A DNA stretch of 64,000 bases, from positions 64,001-128,000 of the forward strand of contig JBGAML010000013.1 in NCBI GenBank assembly GCA_044223005.1. The letters run 5' to 3'. The notes below the pieces were generated by a model. That model was not told where the DNA came from, did not search any database, and worked only from the letters and a program-made list of their open reading frames with translations. The translations under genes were made by a program, and so were the position numbers. Shown in pieces: positions 17,492 to 30,577 of the stretch (position 1 is the first letter of the stretch; each line of letters starts with the position of its first letter). The DNA is from Candidatus Eiseniibacteriota bacterium (GTDB taxonomy: Bacteria > Eisenbacteria > RBG-16-71-46).

Positions 17492-18210
17492 GCGCGCCCA
17501 AGATCGCACTCTACGAGTTCATGCCCTACGGGGCCCCGGAACTCCTCGAGGTCAGCAAGAAGTACATCACCCGTGCCCTGACGGTCGCGATGTCGGGCCT
17601 CGTGATCATCTTCCTCGTCCTCCTGGGTATCGGGCTCTACCTCGCCAACCGGCCCAAGGAGACGAGCACGATCGTGGTGCCGTACCGCGAGCTCGCGGCC
17701 CCGCCGCCGCTCACGGACGCGCCGCCGCCTCCGAAGGTGCAGGTCACGACGCAGGTCGCGCCGCCCGCCGCGGCCGTTCCGGTCCCCGTGCCGGACGCCG
17801 AAGCGCCGACGGAGCAGAAGATCGCTTCGCAGGAAGAGCTTTCGCAGGCGAGCCCCGGAGTCAGCACCGAAGGTTCGGGCGACAACATCGTCGTCCAGCC
17901 GCCCTCCGAGGAAGAGCTGCCGAAGTTCGGCGAGTACGTCTACGTCGAGGAGCTGCCCGAAGCCGTGACGAAGGTCGCACCCGTCTATCCGGACATCGCG
18001 CGCGAAGCGGGCGTGGACGGCCAGGTGATGGTGCAGGCGCTCGTCGGCAAGGACGGTCACGTGAAGGACGTGCGCGTGGTGAAGAGCATCCCCATGCTGG
18101 ACGCCGCCGCCATCGCGGCGGTGAAGGGGTGGGTGTTCAAGCCGGCGCTCAGCAACAACAAGCCGGTCGCCGTGTGGGTCGCGGTGCCGGTGAAGTTCAG
18201 CCTGCACTAG
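17488..18210 (+). CDS. tonB: Energy transducer TonB
   Basis: N-terminal YGAPEL + TM, Pro-rich linker, PVYPDIAREAGVDGQV, WVFKPA. Confidence 0.9.
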   Translation: MSAPKIALYEFMPYGAPELLEVSKKYITRALTVAMSGLVIIFLVLLGIGLYLANRPKETSTIVVPYRELAAPPPLTDAPPPPKVQVTTQVAPPAAAVPVPVPDAEAPTEQKIASQEELSQASPGVSTEGSGDNIVVQPPSEEELPKFGEYVYVEELPEAVTKVAPVYPDIAREAGVDGQVMVQALVGKDGHVKDVRVVKSIPMLDAAAIAAVKGWVFKPALSNNKPVAVWVAVPVKFSLH

Positions 18211-18233
18211 CGGCACCCAGGCGATCCGTCGGA

Positions 18234-18275
18234 CGGGCGTGCGATCCGCGAGGATCGCACGCCCGCTTCGCTTTT
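18234..18275 (+). terminator. Rho-independent terminator after tonB
   Basis: 14-bp perfect stem CGGGCGTGCGATCC/GGATCGCACGCCCG, GCGA loop, then CTTCGCTTTT. Confidence 0.8.
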
Positions 18276-18400
18276 CGGCGGGCGGGCCGCGCCGCCGCCG
18301 TCCGGCGATCCCGGGGCGAGTGCGTGGGCGAGCGGGACGTCGCCTGCCGCGTCCCGGCCCGCGCCCGGGTGGGCTTTTCCCGCGCCGGTCCGGGGTGCAT

Positions 18401-18429
18401 TTGACCACCCCGAATGCACTCCCTACCTT
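18401..18429 (+). promoter_or_regulatory. Putative sigma70 promoter of the Yip1-TolC-MacAB operon
   Basis: TTGACC-17-TACCTT, overlapped by inverted repeat GTGCATT/AATGCAC. Confidence 0.55.
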
Positions 18430-18481
18430 GGCACTGAGAGCCCTTCCTGCCCCCCCTTGCCGTCCCTTCCGAGGAGTCGCC

Positions 18482-19285
18482 ATGTCGTCGCTCGAAACCG
18501 GTGCGGGCGCGCCTCCCATGCCCCCGGCGCCGTCCGAATCGGGCGCGGCCGCCCCCCTGCCCGCCGCGCCGATGCCGTCCGTCTGGGAACGCAGCCTTCG
18601 CGTGTTCGTCCAGCCTCACAGGGCATGGGAGGGGCTCGAGACGCAGGCCCGGTGGTGGTTCCCGATGCTCGTGATCGTGGCGATCCAGGTCGTCCTGCTC
18701 GCCGGCACGTTCCACCGCGTCATGCTTCCGACGATGCTCGAGCAGTGGTCGCAGGCGGTCGAGAACGGGCAGATGCCCGCGGCGCAGTTCGACAAGCTCC
18801 AGGACTTCTTCGCCAACAACCCCAAGGCGCTGGCGCTGATCGTCGGTCAGCAGGCGCTGCTGCTGCCGATCTTCACGCTGCTGATCGCGCTGGTCGCCTG
18901 GTTCGGGGTCGGGTTCGTGCTCGGGACGCGTTTCCCGTACCGGTACGCGCTCGAGGTCGTGACGTGGTCGGGGCTCGTGCAGTTGCCGCAGACGATCCTG
19001 ACCTTCGTGATCGGGTGGTTCAACGAAACCCTCAAGGGGATCCACTTCGGGCTGGGCGCCCTGCTGCCGACCGAGGAGACCCCGACCAAGCTGCACCAGG
19101 GGCTTTCGGTGCTGCTGGACGCCGTCGGGCCGTTCAGCATCTGGTACCTCGTCGTCGCGATTTTCGGTGCGAGCGCCCTCTCGGGTGCTCCGCGCAAGAA
19201 CGTGGCGTGGGTGCTGGCCGCGCTGTACGTCGCCCTGACGATCGTCTTCGCCGTCGTGGCCGCGCTGTTCACCCCCGGCACCTGA
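18482..19285 (+). CDS. Yip1-domain membrane protein (YknW-like)
   Basis: RVFVQPHRAWEGL..WWFP N-terminal motif, about 5 TMs; GAGGAG SD. Confidence 0.8.
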   Translation: MSSLETGAGAPPMPPAPSESGAAAPLPAAPMPSVWERSLRVFVQPHRAWEGLETQARWWFPMLVIVAIQVVLLAGTFHRVMLPTMLEQWSQAVENGQMPAAQFDKLQDFFANNPKALALIVGQQALLLPIFTLLIALVAWFGVGFVLGTRFPYRYALEVVTWSGLVQLPQTILTFVIGWFNETLKGIHFGLGALLPTEETPTKLHQGLSVLLDAVGPFSIWYLVVAIFGASALSGAPRKNVAWVLAALYVALTIVFAVVAALFTPGT

Positions 19286-19392
19286 CGCCCGCACGCAACC
19301 CGGGCGCTCCGGGAGCCGTAGCCTGTGCACGCCGTGTCCCGGACACGGCGTCTCGATGTCTGACCGTGACCTGCGAAGGAGTGGATTCCCGG

Positions 19393-20709
19393 ATGCTCCG
19401 ACTCACGATGGTGTTCCTCGCTCTGCTCCTCGCCGGTCGGGCGACTGCAGCGCCCCTGACGGCCGACGAAGCGGTTCGCATCGCGCTGCAGCGCAACTCC
19501 CAGGTCATCCAGTCGCGCGCCTCGCAACTGGATGCGACCGCCGGCATGTGGCGGGCCTATTCCGGCATCCTGCCCTCCGTGTCGGCGTCGCTGACGCGCA
19601 GTGGCAACAAGACGCACGAGGCGCGCTCGTACACGGTCGACACGAACACGCTCACGTACGTGCGGACGACGACGATGGACGGACAGTCGTTCACCACGAC
19701 GCAGGGCCTGAGCGGGCGATGGAACGTGCTCGACCTCTCGGCGTGGACCAACTGGTCGTCGGCGCGGCAGGGAGTGCGTTCGGCCAACTACGGCGCCGCC
19801 GCGACGCGCGCGGACGTGGCCCTGGCCACCCGGCGGCAGTTCTATTCGGTGGTGCAGGCGATGCACCAGTCGCGCGTGAACGGCGAGGCGCTGCGACTCG
19901 CTCGCGACAGCGAGCGTCGCGTGCGCGCGCTCTTCGAGGTGGGCTCGGTGTCCAAGAGCGACCTCCTCAAGGCGCAGGTGGCGACGTCGCAGGCCGTGCT
20001 CGATTCGCTCACGGCCGATCACGCGGTCACCAGCCAGCGCATCGCGCTGTCGCAGCAGCTCGGCCTGCCGGAGGCGCAGCTCGCCGAGGTGGATTCGACG
20101 CTGGCGCCGGACGCGCCGCCGGTGGACGGTGCGGTCATTCTCTCCGAGGCGCGGGCCAACCGGCCGGACCTCAAGGCGGCGGACGCGGACGTGCGCGCGG
20201 CGGAGCTGGCGCTGCGCTCGTCGCACTGGTCGCGACTGCCGTACGTCGCCGCCACCGGTTCCTACACGCCCGACACCAAGACCGAGTCGAGCGGCGAGCC
20301 CTTCCCGCGCGAGAACAAGGGCGTGGCCAGCGGCTCGCTGTCGCTCAACCTGAACCTGTTCGACGGCCTGGCGACGGACGCCGCGGTCGCCAGCGCGCGC
20401 GCGGCGGTGTTGCGCAGCCGTGAAACCCGCGACGCGCTCGTCCGTAATCTCGAGAGCGAAGTCCACCAGGCGCTGCTCGGCTACCAGGAGGCGGTCGAGA
20501 CCGAGGCCGTGGCCGAGCGCACGGTGGAATCCGCGACCGAGAACCACAATCTCGTGCTCCAGAAGTACAACGTGGGCTCGGCGACCATCCTCGACCTCAT
20601 CGATTCGCAGGTGCAGTTGCAGCGGGCGGAGAGCAGCCTCGTTTCGGCGAAGGCGTCGATCCGCGTCGCGCTCGCCACGCTGGACCAGGTGCGCGGGCGA
20701 ACCCCGTGA
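19393..20709 (+). CDS. TolC-family outer membrane efflux protein
   Basis: Signal peptide, LTADEAVRIALQRN, FEVGSVSKSDLLKAQV, YNVGSATILDLIDSQ. Confidence 0.9.
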   Translation: MLRLTMVFLALLLAGRATAAPLTADEAVRIALQRNSQVIQSRASQLDATAGMWRAYSGILPSVSASLTRSGNKTHEARSYTVDTNTLTYVRTTTMDGQSFTTTQGLSGRWNVLDLSAWTNWSSARQGVRSANYGAAATRADVALATRRQFYSVVQAMHQSRVNGEALRLARDSERRVRALFEVGSVSKSDLLKAQVATSQAVLDSLTADHAVTSQRIALSQQLGLPEAQLAEVDSTLAPDAPPVDGAVILSEARANRPDLKAADADVRAAELALRSSHWSRLPYVAATGSYTPDTKTESSGEPFPRENKGVASGSLSLNLNLFDGLATDAAVASARAAVLRSRETRDALVRNLESEVHQALLGYQEAVETEAVAERTVESATENHNLVLQKYNVGSATILDLIDSQVQLQRAESSLVSAKASIRVALATLDQVRGRTP

Positions 20710-20731
20710 TCGGAAAGGAACGTCCGCGTTC

Positions 20732-22012
20732 ATGAAAAGGCTGGTGTGGCTTTGGGTCGCCCTCGGGGTCGTGCTGCTCGTGACCGTGGTGGTGGCCAGT
20801 GTCGCCAACGTCTCGCGCAGCAAGGTCCAGCCCGTCCAGCTCGCCGTCGTGCACCGCGAGGACGTCACGTCCCGCGTCCGGGCGCCGGGCAAGATCGAGC
20901 CGAAGACCCAGGTGAAGATCAGCGCCGACATCATGGGCAAGATCACGCACCTGCTGGTCAAGGAGGGCGATCCGGTCAAGCGCGGGCAGCTGATGCTGCA
21001 GCTCGACGACACGCAGTACCGGAGCCTGTGGGAGCAGTCGCGTGCCGCCGCGGCGTCCGCCGACGCGCGCGTGCGCGATACGCAGTCGTCGCTGCGCACG
21101 GTGCAGTCGAACTTCGGCCGCCAGAAGTCGCTCTTCGACCAGAAGCTGCTTTCGCCGGCGGAGTGGGAGCAGGCGCAGTCGAACTACGAGAGCGCCCGCG
21201 TCGCCGCGGCCAGCGCGCAGGAGGACGCCGCGCGCGCCCACGCCGCGTTGCGCGGAGCCGCGGACAATCTCGGCAAGACGCAGTTCCATGCACCGTTCGA
21301 CGGCGTCGTGAGCGCGCTCAACGTCGAGCAGGGCGAGATCGTGATCACGGGCACGATGAACAACATCGGCACCCAGATCCTCACGGTCTCCGACCTCTCG
21401 CGCATGCAGGTTCGCGCGGACGTCGACGAGACGGACATCGTCAACATGAGCCTGGGGCAGAAGGCCCGCATCTCGGTGGACGCCATCCCGGACACGACGT
21501 TCCCCGGAATGGTGACCGAGATCGGCAACACCGCCAAACGCTCGATCACGTCGACGGTCGAGGGGCAGACGAACTTCGAAGTCGTGGTGGTGTTCGACCA
21601 CAACGTGCCGCGCGTGCGCCCCGGCATGACCGCCGACGTCGAGATCGAGACCGGGACGCACGCGAAGGTGCTGACGGTCCCGATCCAGTCCGTCGTCGTG
21701 CGTACGCAGCGCGAACTCGACCGGGCCGCGCGCGGCAAGGTCAAGCCCGTCAAGCGCTCCACGACCCTCGGCGCCGACGAGGACACCGTCGGGCGGAAGG
21801 ACAAGGAGATCACCGGCGTGTTCGTCGTGCGCAACAAGGTCGCGACGTTCGTGCCCGTGCGCAGCGGTCTCGCGAGCGAGACGCGGATCGAGATCACCGG
21901 TGACGTGAAGGAAGGCGACCAGGTCGTCGCCGGGCCGTACAAGGCGCTCCGCGAGTTGAAGCCGGGCGGCAAGGTGCGCAAGGACACGGGCGAATCCAAG
22001 GGCAAGAAGTGA
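20732..22012 (+). CDS. Efflux periplasmic adaptor (MacA/YknX-like)
   Basis: N-terminal [32 protein letters not shown]. Confidence 0.92.
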   Translation: MKRLVWLWVALGVVLLVTVVVASVANVSRSKVQPVQLAVVHREDVTSRVRAPGKIEPKTQVKISADIMGKITHLLVKEGDPVKRGQLMLQLDDTQYRSLWEQSRAAAASADARVRDTQSSLRTVQSNFGRQKSLFDQKLLSPAEWEQAQSNYESARVAAASAQEDAARAHAALRGAADNLGKTQFHAPFDGVVSALNVEQGEIVITGTMNNIGTQILTVSDLSRMQVRADVDETDIVNMSLGQKARISVDAIPDTTFPGMVTEIGNTAKRSITSTVEGQTNFEVVVVFDHNVPRVRPGMTADVEIETGTHAKVLTVPIQSVVVRTQRELDRAARGKVKPVKRSTTLGADEDTVGRKDKEITGVFVVRNKVATFVPVRSGLASETRIEITGDVKEGDQVVAGPYKALRELKPGGKVRKDTGESKGKK

Positions 22013-22019
22013 GGACGAC

Positions 22020-22742
22020 ATGCTGATCGCCATCCACGGCCTGCATCGCGTCTACCAGGTGGGCGACCAGGAAGTCCGGGCGCTCGACGGGGTGGACCTC
22101 GAGATCGACCAGAACGAATACGTGGCGATCATGGGCCCTTCGGGGTCCGGCAAGTCCACGCTCATGAACATCCTCGGGTGCCTCGACACGCCGACGCACG
22201 GCTCCTACCTGCTCAAGTCGCAGGAGATCGCGAAGATGTCGGACGACGACCTCGCCCGGATCCGCAACCAGGAGATCGGGTTCGTCTTCCAGACCTTCAA
22301 CCTGCTGCCGCGCGCCGATGCGCTCCACAACGTCGAGCTGCCGCTCGTCTACGCCGGCATGAAGCACGAGGATCGACGCGTTCGGGCGCGAGAGGCGCTG
22401 ACCATGGTCGGCCTCGGGGACCGCATGAAGCACCGTCCCAACGAGCTCTCCGGCGGCCAGCGCCAGCGTGTGGCGATCGCGCGCGCGCTCGTGAACAGGC
22501 CCAGCATCATCCTCGCGGACGAGCCGACGGGTAACCTCGACTCGCGGACGGGCGAGGAGATCATGAACGCCTTCGAGAACATCTGGCGCCAGGGCAACAC
22601 GGTGATCCTCGTCACGCACGAGCCCGACATCGCCGAACACGCCCGCCGCATCGTGCGCATGAAGGACGGCCGGATCGAGAGCGACCAGGCCAACCCGAAT
22701 CCCCGGTCCACGTCGGGCGCGGCCACCGGCTCGCAGGCATGA
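22020..22742 (+). CDS. ABC ATP-binding protein (MacB/LolD type)
   Basis: [28 protein letters not shown]. Confidence 0.95.
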   Translation: MLIAIHGLHRVYQVGDQEVRALDGVDLEIDQNEYVAIMGPSGSGKSTLMNILGCLDTPTHGSYLLKSQEIAKMSDDDLARIRNQEIGFVFQTFNLLPRADALHNVELPLVYAGMKHEDRRVRAREALTMVGLGDRMKHRPNELSGGQRQRVAIARALVNRPSIILADEPTGNLDSRTGEEIMNAFENIWRQGNTVILVTHEPDIAEHARRIVRMKDGRIESDQANPNPRSTSGAATGSQA

Positions 22743-23956
22743 ACCCCCGCGAAAGCGTGGGGATCGCCCTGCGCGGGATCGTGGCGAACAAGCTGCGATC
22801 CTTCCTGACGCTCCTCGGCACGATCATCGGCGTCGCGTCCGTCATCGCCGTGGTGTCCTTCGTCGAGGGCATGAACCAGTTCGTGACCATGAAGCTCCTG
22901 AATGCGGGCGCGAACGTGTTCGTGGTCGACAAGTACGGGTTCGTGACCAGCCAGGAGGCCTTCGAGGAAGCCAACCGGCGCCCGGACGTCACGCTCGACG
23001 ACTCGGACGCGCTGCGTGCGGGCGTGGAGCACGCCGCGATGGTCGTGGGCGAGGCCGAGGGCAACTCGCCCGTGCGCTGGCGGTCGAAGGTCATGAAGGG
23101 CGTGAGCGTCCACGGCCGCGGCGAAGGCTACGATCTCGTCGACGACATCGCGATCGCCGACGGCCGGCACATCACCGAGCTCGACGACCGCCGGCGCCAG
23201 TCGGTCTGCGTCCTGGGCCCCGAGGTGGTCGAGGAGATCTTCGGCAACTCGGACCCGATCGGCAGCCGGGTGCGGATCGGCGGGCAGGACTTCCTGGTGG
23301 TCGGCGTCACCAAGGCCAAGGGCAAGATGCTGGGCGTGAGCCAGGACCGGTTCGTCACGATCCCGGTGCGCACGTTCCAGAAGTTCTTCCAGGAGCGCGG
23401 CTCGTTCTCGATCGCGATCAAGAGCGTGGACCAGTCCTCGCTGCCGCTGGCCGAGCAGGAGGCCCGCAACATCATGCGGGCGCGCCGGCACCAGCGCCCG
23501 GGGCAGCCGGACGCGTTCGGCATCACGACCTCGGACACGTGGCTGCAGCTCTACCACACGCTGACGGGCGGCATCTTCATCGTCACGATCGGCGTCGCGG
23601 CGATCTCGCTGCTGGTCGGCGGCATCGTGATCATGAACATCATGCTCGTTTCCGTGACCGAGCGGACGCGTGAGATCGGCATCCGCAAGGCGCTCGGCGC
23701 CCGCCGCCGCGACATCCTCGCGCAGTTCCTCGTGGAATCGACGACGCTCTCGCTTTCGGGCGGCATCGTCGGCATCCTGCTGGGCATGGCGCTCGCGCTG
23801 GGCGTGGGGGCGGTCTCGCCGTTGCCGGCCGCGGTCAGCCTGCCCGCCGTCCTGCTCGGCGTGGTCATGAGCACGGCGGTCGGCGTGTTCTTCGGTTCGT
23901 ACCCGGCCGTGCGCGCGGCCCGCCTCGATCCCATCGAGGCGCTGCGTTACGAGTGA
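22739..23956 (+). CDS. ABC permease, MacB/FtsX family 1
   Basis: [50 protein letters not shown]. Confidence 0.93.
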   Translation: MNPRESVGIALRGIVANKLRSFLTLLGTIIGVASVIAVVSFVEGMNQFVTMKLLNAGANVFVVDKYGFVTSQEAFEEANRRPDVTLDDSDALRAGVEHAAMVVGEAEGNSPVRWRSKVMKGVSVHGRGEGYDLVDDIAIADGRHITELDDRRRQSVCVLGPEVVEEIFGNSDPIGSRVRIGGQDFLVVGVTKAKGKMLGVSQDRFVTIPVRTFQKFFQERGSFSIAIKSVDQSSLPLAEQEARNIMRARRHQRPGQPDAFGITTSDTWLQLYHTLTGGIFIVTIGVAAISLLVGGIVIMNIMLVSVTERTREIGIRKALGARRRDILAQFLVESTTLSLSGGIVGILLGMALALGVGAVSPLPAAVSLPAVLLGVVMSTAVGVFFGSYPAVRAARLDPIEALRYE

Positions 23957-23960
23957 TCCC

Positions 23961-25232
23961 GTGAGCTTCCTGGCACTGCTGCGCGAGACGTTCGCGATGG
24001 CGCGATCGGCGCTGGTGGCCAACCGGCTGCGCTCGGGGCTGGCGCTGCTCGGGATCGTGATCGGCGTCGCGACGGTGATCGCGATGGTCGCCCTCATCAA
24101 CGGTTTCCAGCGCTCGTTCCAGCAGAGCATCCAGTCGATCGGCAACAACACGCTCTACGTCCGCCGCATCCGGCCGGGCATCAACTTCTCGGGCGACATC
24201 CCGGACAGCCTGAAGCAGCGCCGAGCGTTCACCATGGACGACGCGCGCGCGATCCTCGAGCAGGCGCCGGCGGTGCGGGCCGTGGCTCCGTTCAAGTTCC
24301 CGTTCGACAACATCCGGCTCTCGTACCGCGAGCGGCACACGAAGACGACCTTCCTCTACGGCACGAACGAGTCGTACCTCGTGGCGCACAGCTACGACCT
24401 TTCGCGCGGACGGTTCTTCACGCAGCAGGAGGTGACGTCGAAGGCGAACGTCTGCGTGCTCGGCAAGGACACGCGCGAGGCGATGTTCGCCGACGCGTCC
24501 GCGATCGGGCGCACGGTGCACATCAACGGCATCCCGTTCACCGTGATCGGGGAGTTCGAGCCGAAGGGCAAGTTCCTCGGGAACAACTTCGACGAGGTCG
24601 CCTGCGTTCCGTACACGGTGGTCGACAAGTACTGGGCGGCACCGAGTTCGGCGCCGCCCTGGTTCCCGAAACGCGGCGAGTTGTTCCTCGACGCGATCGC
24701 GGTCTCGCCCGACCAGAGCGAACTGGCGATGAAGCAGATCAGCGAGGTGCTGCGCGTCCGGCGGCACCTGCCGAGCAACAAGATGAACGACTTCGTCGTG
24801 TTCAGCGACGATGCGTTCCTCTCGCTCTACCAGACGGTGACGGGAGGGATCGTCGCGCTGATGACGCTCATCTCCTCGATCGCCCTGCTGGTCGGCGGGA
24901 TCGGCGTGATGAACATCATGCTCGTCGCCGTCACCGAGCGGACGCGCGAGATCGGCGTGCGCAAGGCGCTCGGTGCGCCGCGCCGGGCGATCCTGCTGCA
25001 GTTCCTGGTGGAGGCGGTGCTGCTGACCGCGGCGGGGGGCGTCGTGGGCATCCTGGCGGGCGCGGGCGTGTCGTTCCTCGTCAAGGCCGTGAGCCCGCTG
25101 CCGACCTACGTGTCCGGCTGGTCGGTCGCGACGGCGCTCGGATTCTCGGCGCTCGTGGGCGTCTTCTTCGGCCTGTATCCGGCCATGCGGGCGTCGCGGC
25201 TCGATCCGGTGGATTCGCTGCGTTACGAGTGA
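23961..25232 (+). CDS. ABC permease, MacB/FtsX family 2
   Basis: [42 protein letters not shown]. Confidence 0.93.
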   Translation: MSFLALLRETFAMARSALVANRLRSGLALLGIVIGVATVIAMVALINGFQRSFQQSIQSIGNNTLYVRRIRPGINFSGDIPDSLKQRRAFTMDDARAILEQAPAVRAVAPFKFPFDNIRLSYRERHTKTTFLYGTNESYLVAHSYDLSRGRFFTQQEVTSKANVCVLGKDTREAMFADASAIGRTVHINGIPFTVIGEFEPKGKFLGNNFDEVACVPYTVVDKYWAAPSSAPPWFPKRGELFLDAIAVSPDQSELAMKQISEVLRVRRHLPSNKMNDFVVFSDDAFLSLYQTVTGGIVALMTLISSIALLVGGIGVMNIMLVAVTERTREIGVRKALGAPRRAILLQFLVEAVLLTAAGGVVGILAGAGVSFLVKAVSPLPTYVSGWSVATALGFSALVGVFFGLYPAMRASRLDPVDSLRYE

Positions 25233-25269
25233 CCGTGGGCGTGCCCGGGCGTGCTATCTTCGCCGCCCC

Positions 25270-28143
<2,874 letters not shown>

Positions 28144-28196
28144 CGCCCACGACGGCTAGCGAGGCCCAGCCTCGATCGACCACGAGGACGACGACC

Positions 28197-29240
28197 ATGA
28201 AGGCGATCGTCAAGACGACCCGCGGCCCCGGCGCCGAGGTTCGCGACGTACCCGTTCCCAGCCCGGGCATGGGCGAGGTGCTCCTGAAGGTCAAGCGTGC
28301 CGGCGTCTGCGGCACCGACCTGCACATCTGGAAGTGGGATCCCTGGGCCTCCGGACGCATGCGGCCCCCGGTCACGATCGGCCACGAGTTCGTGGGCGAG
28401 GTGGTCGAGATCGGCGTGGGCGTCGGCAACCTGAAGCTCGGCGACCTCGTCTCGTGCGAGAGTCACGTGGTCTGCCAGACCTGCCTGCCGTGCCGCACCG
28501 GCAACGGGCACGTCTGCGAGAACACGAAGATCCTCGGCGTGGACATCAACGGCGGCTTCGCGGAATACGTCGTGGTGCCCGCGGTCAACGCGTGGCATGC
28601 GCCGAAGAACGTCCCGATCGAAGTCGCCGCGATCATGGAGCCGTGCGGCAACGCGGTGCACACCGCGTACGCGGGTCCGCTCTCGGGCTGCAACATCGGC
28701 GTCACCGGCTGCGGCCCGATCGGCCTGTTCGCGATCGGCGTCGCGCGCGCTGCGGGCGCGGCCCACGTGTTCGCGTCGGACGTTTCGCCCTACCGGCTGG
28801 ACCTCGCCCGGAAGATGAAGGCCGACGCCGTGATCGACGTCTCCAAGGAGAACTTCGTCGAGCGCGTCCGCGAACTCACCGCGGGGCGCGGCCTGGACGG
28901 CGTGCTCGAGATGTCCGGCAAACCCGCCGCGATGCGCGATGGCCTCGCGGCCCTGCGCATGGGCGGACGCATGTCGCTGCTCGGCCTGCCCAGCGAGCCG
29001 TTCGAGCTCGACTGGAACAAGCTGCTGATCTTCAAGGGCATCACGCTCAACGGCATCATCGGCCGCCGCATGTACGACACGTGGTACCAACTCGACCAGA
29101 TGCTGACGTCCGGCAACCTCGACCTGCGTCCGGCGATCACCCACGTGATGCCGATGGAGGACGCGGCCCAGGCGGTCGCGCTGCTCGAAGAGGGCAAGGC
29201 CGGCAAGATCGTGCTCGTGCCCTGGGGCGAGAAGGCGTAG
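28197..29240 (+). CDS. tdh: L-threonine 3-dehydrogenase
   Basis: CGTDLHI, GHEFVG, four-Cys Zn site, GIIGRRMYDTW; adjacent to kbl. Confidence 0.93.
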   Translation: MKAIVKTTRGPGAEVRDVPVPSPGMGEVLLKVKRAGVCGTDLHIWKWDPWASGRMRPPVTIGHEFVGEVVEIGVGVGNLKLGDLVSCESHVVCQTCLPCRTGNGHVCENTKILGVDINGGFAEYVVVPAVNAWHAPKNVPIEVAAIMEPCGNAVHTAYAGPLSGCNIGVTGCGPIGLFAIGVARAAGAAHVFASDVSPYRLDLARKMKADAVIDVSKENFVERVRELTAGRGLDGVLEMSGKPAAMRDGLAALRMGGRMSLLGLPSEPFELDWNKLLIFKGITLNGIIGRRMYDTWYQLDQMLTSGNLDLRPAITHVMPMEDAAQAVALLEEGKAGKIVLVPWGEKA

Positions 29241-29251
29241 GGGGGGCGGCC

Positions 29252-30460
29252 ATGTTCGACACGATGAAGCCGGTGCTCGCCGAGGAACTGCGCAAGATCC
29301 GCGAAGCAGGCCTCTACAAGAGCGAGCGCGTGATCGCGTCGCCGCAGGGCGCGGAGGTCACGCTCGAGGACGGCCGGAAGGTCCTCGTCTTCTGCGCGAA
29401 CAACTACCTCGGGCTCTCGAGTCACCCGAAGGTGATCGAGGCGGCGCATGCCGCGCTGGATTCGCACGGGTTCGGCATGTCGTCCGTGCGCTTCATCTGC
29501 GGCACGCAGGACCTGCACAAGCAGCTCGAGAAGCGGATCGCGGAGTTCGTCGGCACCGAGGACACGATCCTCTACGCCGCCTGCTTCGACGCCAACGGCG
29601 GCGTGTTCGAGCCGCTGCTGGGCGAGGCGGACGCCGTGATCAGCGACGAGCTGAACCACGCGTCGATCATCGACGGCGTGCGGCTCTGCAAGGCCCAGCG
29701 CTGGCGCTACAAGAACAACGACATGGCCGACCTCGAGCGCTGCCTGCGCGAAGCGGACGCGAAGGGCTGCCCGCAGAAGCTCGTGGTCACCGACGGCGTC
29801 TTCAGCATGGACGGCACGATCGCGAACATGAAGGGCGTCGTCGAGATGGCCGAGAAGTACCGCGCCCTCGTGATGACGGACGAGTGCCACTCGATGGGAT
29901 TCGTCGGCCGCACGGGCCGGGGAACGCCGGAGCTGCACGGCGTGCAGGGCCGCGTCGACATCATCACGGGCACGCTCGGTAAGGCGCTGGGCGGCGCGCT
30001 GGGCGGCTTCACGACCGGCCGGCGGGAAGTGATCGAGATGCTGCGCCAGCGTTCGCGGCCGTACCTGTTCTCGAACGCGCTGCCGCCCGCGGTCCTCGGG
30101 GCGAGCCTCGCGGTGTTCGACCTGCTGTCGCGGACGACGGAACTCCGCGACCGGCTCGAGGCCAACACGACGCGGTTCCGCGAGCGCATGACGGCCGCCG
30201 GGTTCGAGATCAAGCCGGGCACGCACCCGATCGTCCCGATCATGCTCTACGACGAACGGCTCGCCCACGACATGGCCGCGGAACTGCTCGAGCGCGGCAT
30301 CTACGTGATCGGGTTCTCGTTCCCCGTCGTGCCCCGCGGCCAGGCGCGGATCCGAGTCCAGCTCTCGGCGGCGCACACGACCGAACAGGTGGACCGCGCC
30401 GTCGACGCGTTCACCGAGATCGGCCGCAAGCTCGGCGTCCTCAAGGGGGCGGCGCGCTGA
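29252..30460 (+). CDS. kbl: Glycine C-acetyltransferase (2-amino-3-ketobutyrate CoA ligase)
   Basis: CANNYLGL, SVRFICGTQ, LNHASIIDG, GTLGKALGG, RQRSRPYLFSN. Confidence 0.95.
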   Translation: MFDTMKPVLAEELRKIREAGLYKSERVIASPQGAEVTLEDGRKVLVFCANNYLGLSSHPKVIEAAHAALDSHGFGMSSVRFICGTQDLHKQLEKRIAEFVGTEDTILYAACFDANGGVFEPLLGEADAVISDELNHASIIDGVRLCKAQRWRYKNNDMADLERCLREADAKGCPQKLVVTDGVFSMDGTIANMKGVVEMAEKYRALVMTDECHSMGFVGRTGRGTPELHGVQGRVDIITGTLGKALGGALGGFTTGRREVIEMLRQRSRPYLFSNALPPAVLGASLAVFDLLSRTTELRDRLEANTTRFRERMTAAGFEIKPGTHPIVPIMLYDERLAHDMAAELLERGIYVIGFSFPVVPRGQARIRVQLSAAHTTEQVDRAVDAFTEIGRKLGVLKGAAR

Positions 30461-30516
30461 TCGTGGCGCGGTGCGGCGCGGCCCCGGGCCGCGCCGCTCG
30501 CCGCGTCCCGCCGGTC

Positions 30517-30546
30517 TTGACCGTTTCGCGCACGCCCCGCTAACGT
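30517..30546 (+). promoter_or_regulatory. Putative sigma70 promoter upstream of gcvT
   Basis: TTGACC-18-TAACGT. Confidence 0.5.
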
Positions 30547-30577
30547 GCCCGCGAACACCTCACCCAAGGAGTCCCGC

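Noticed and set aside
29240..29246. G7 run between tdh and kbl as a phase-variation tract
   Set aside because: Short, intergenic, in the SD position, and unremarkable at this GC content
30461..30577. Glycine riboswitch upstream of gcvT
   Set aside because: Gap is short, largely occupied by a promoter-like element, and lacks the GGAGA/CCGAAG/CTCTCAGG signatures
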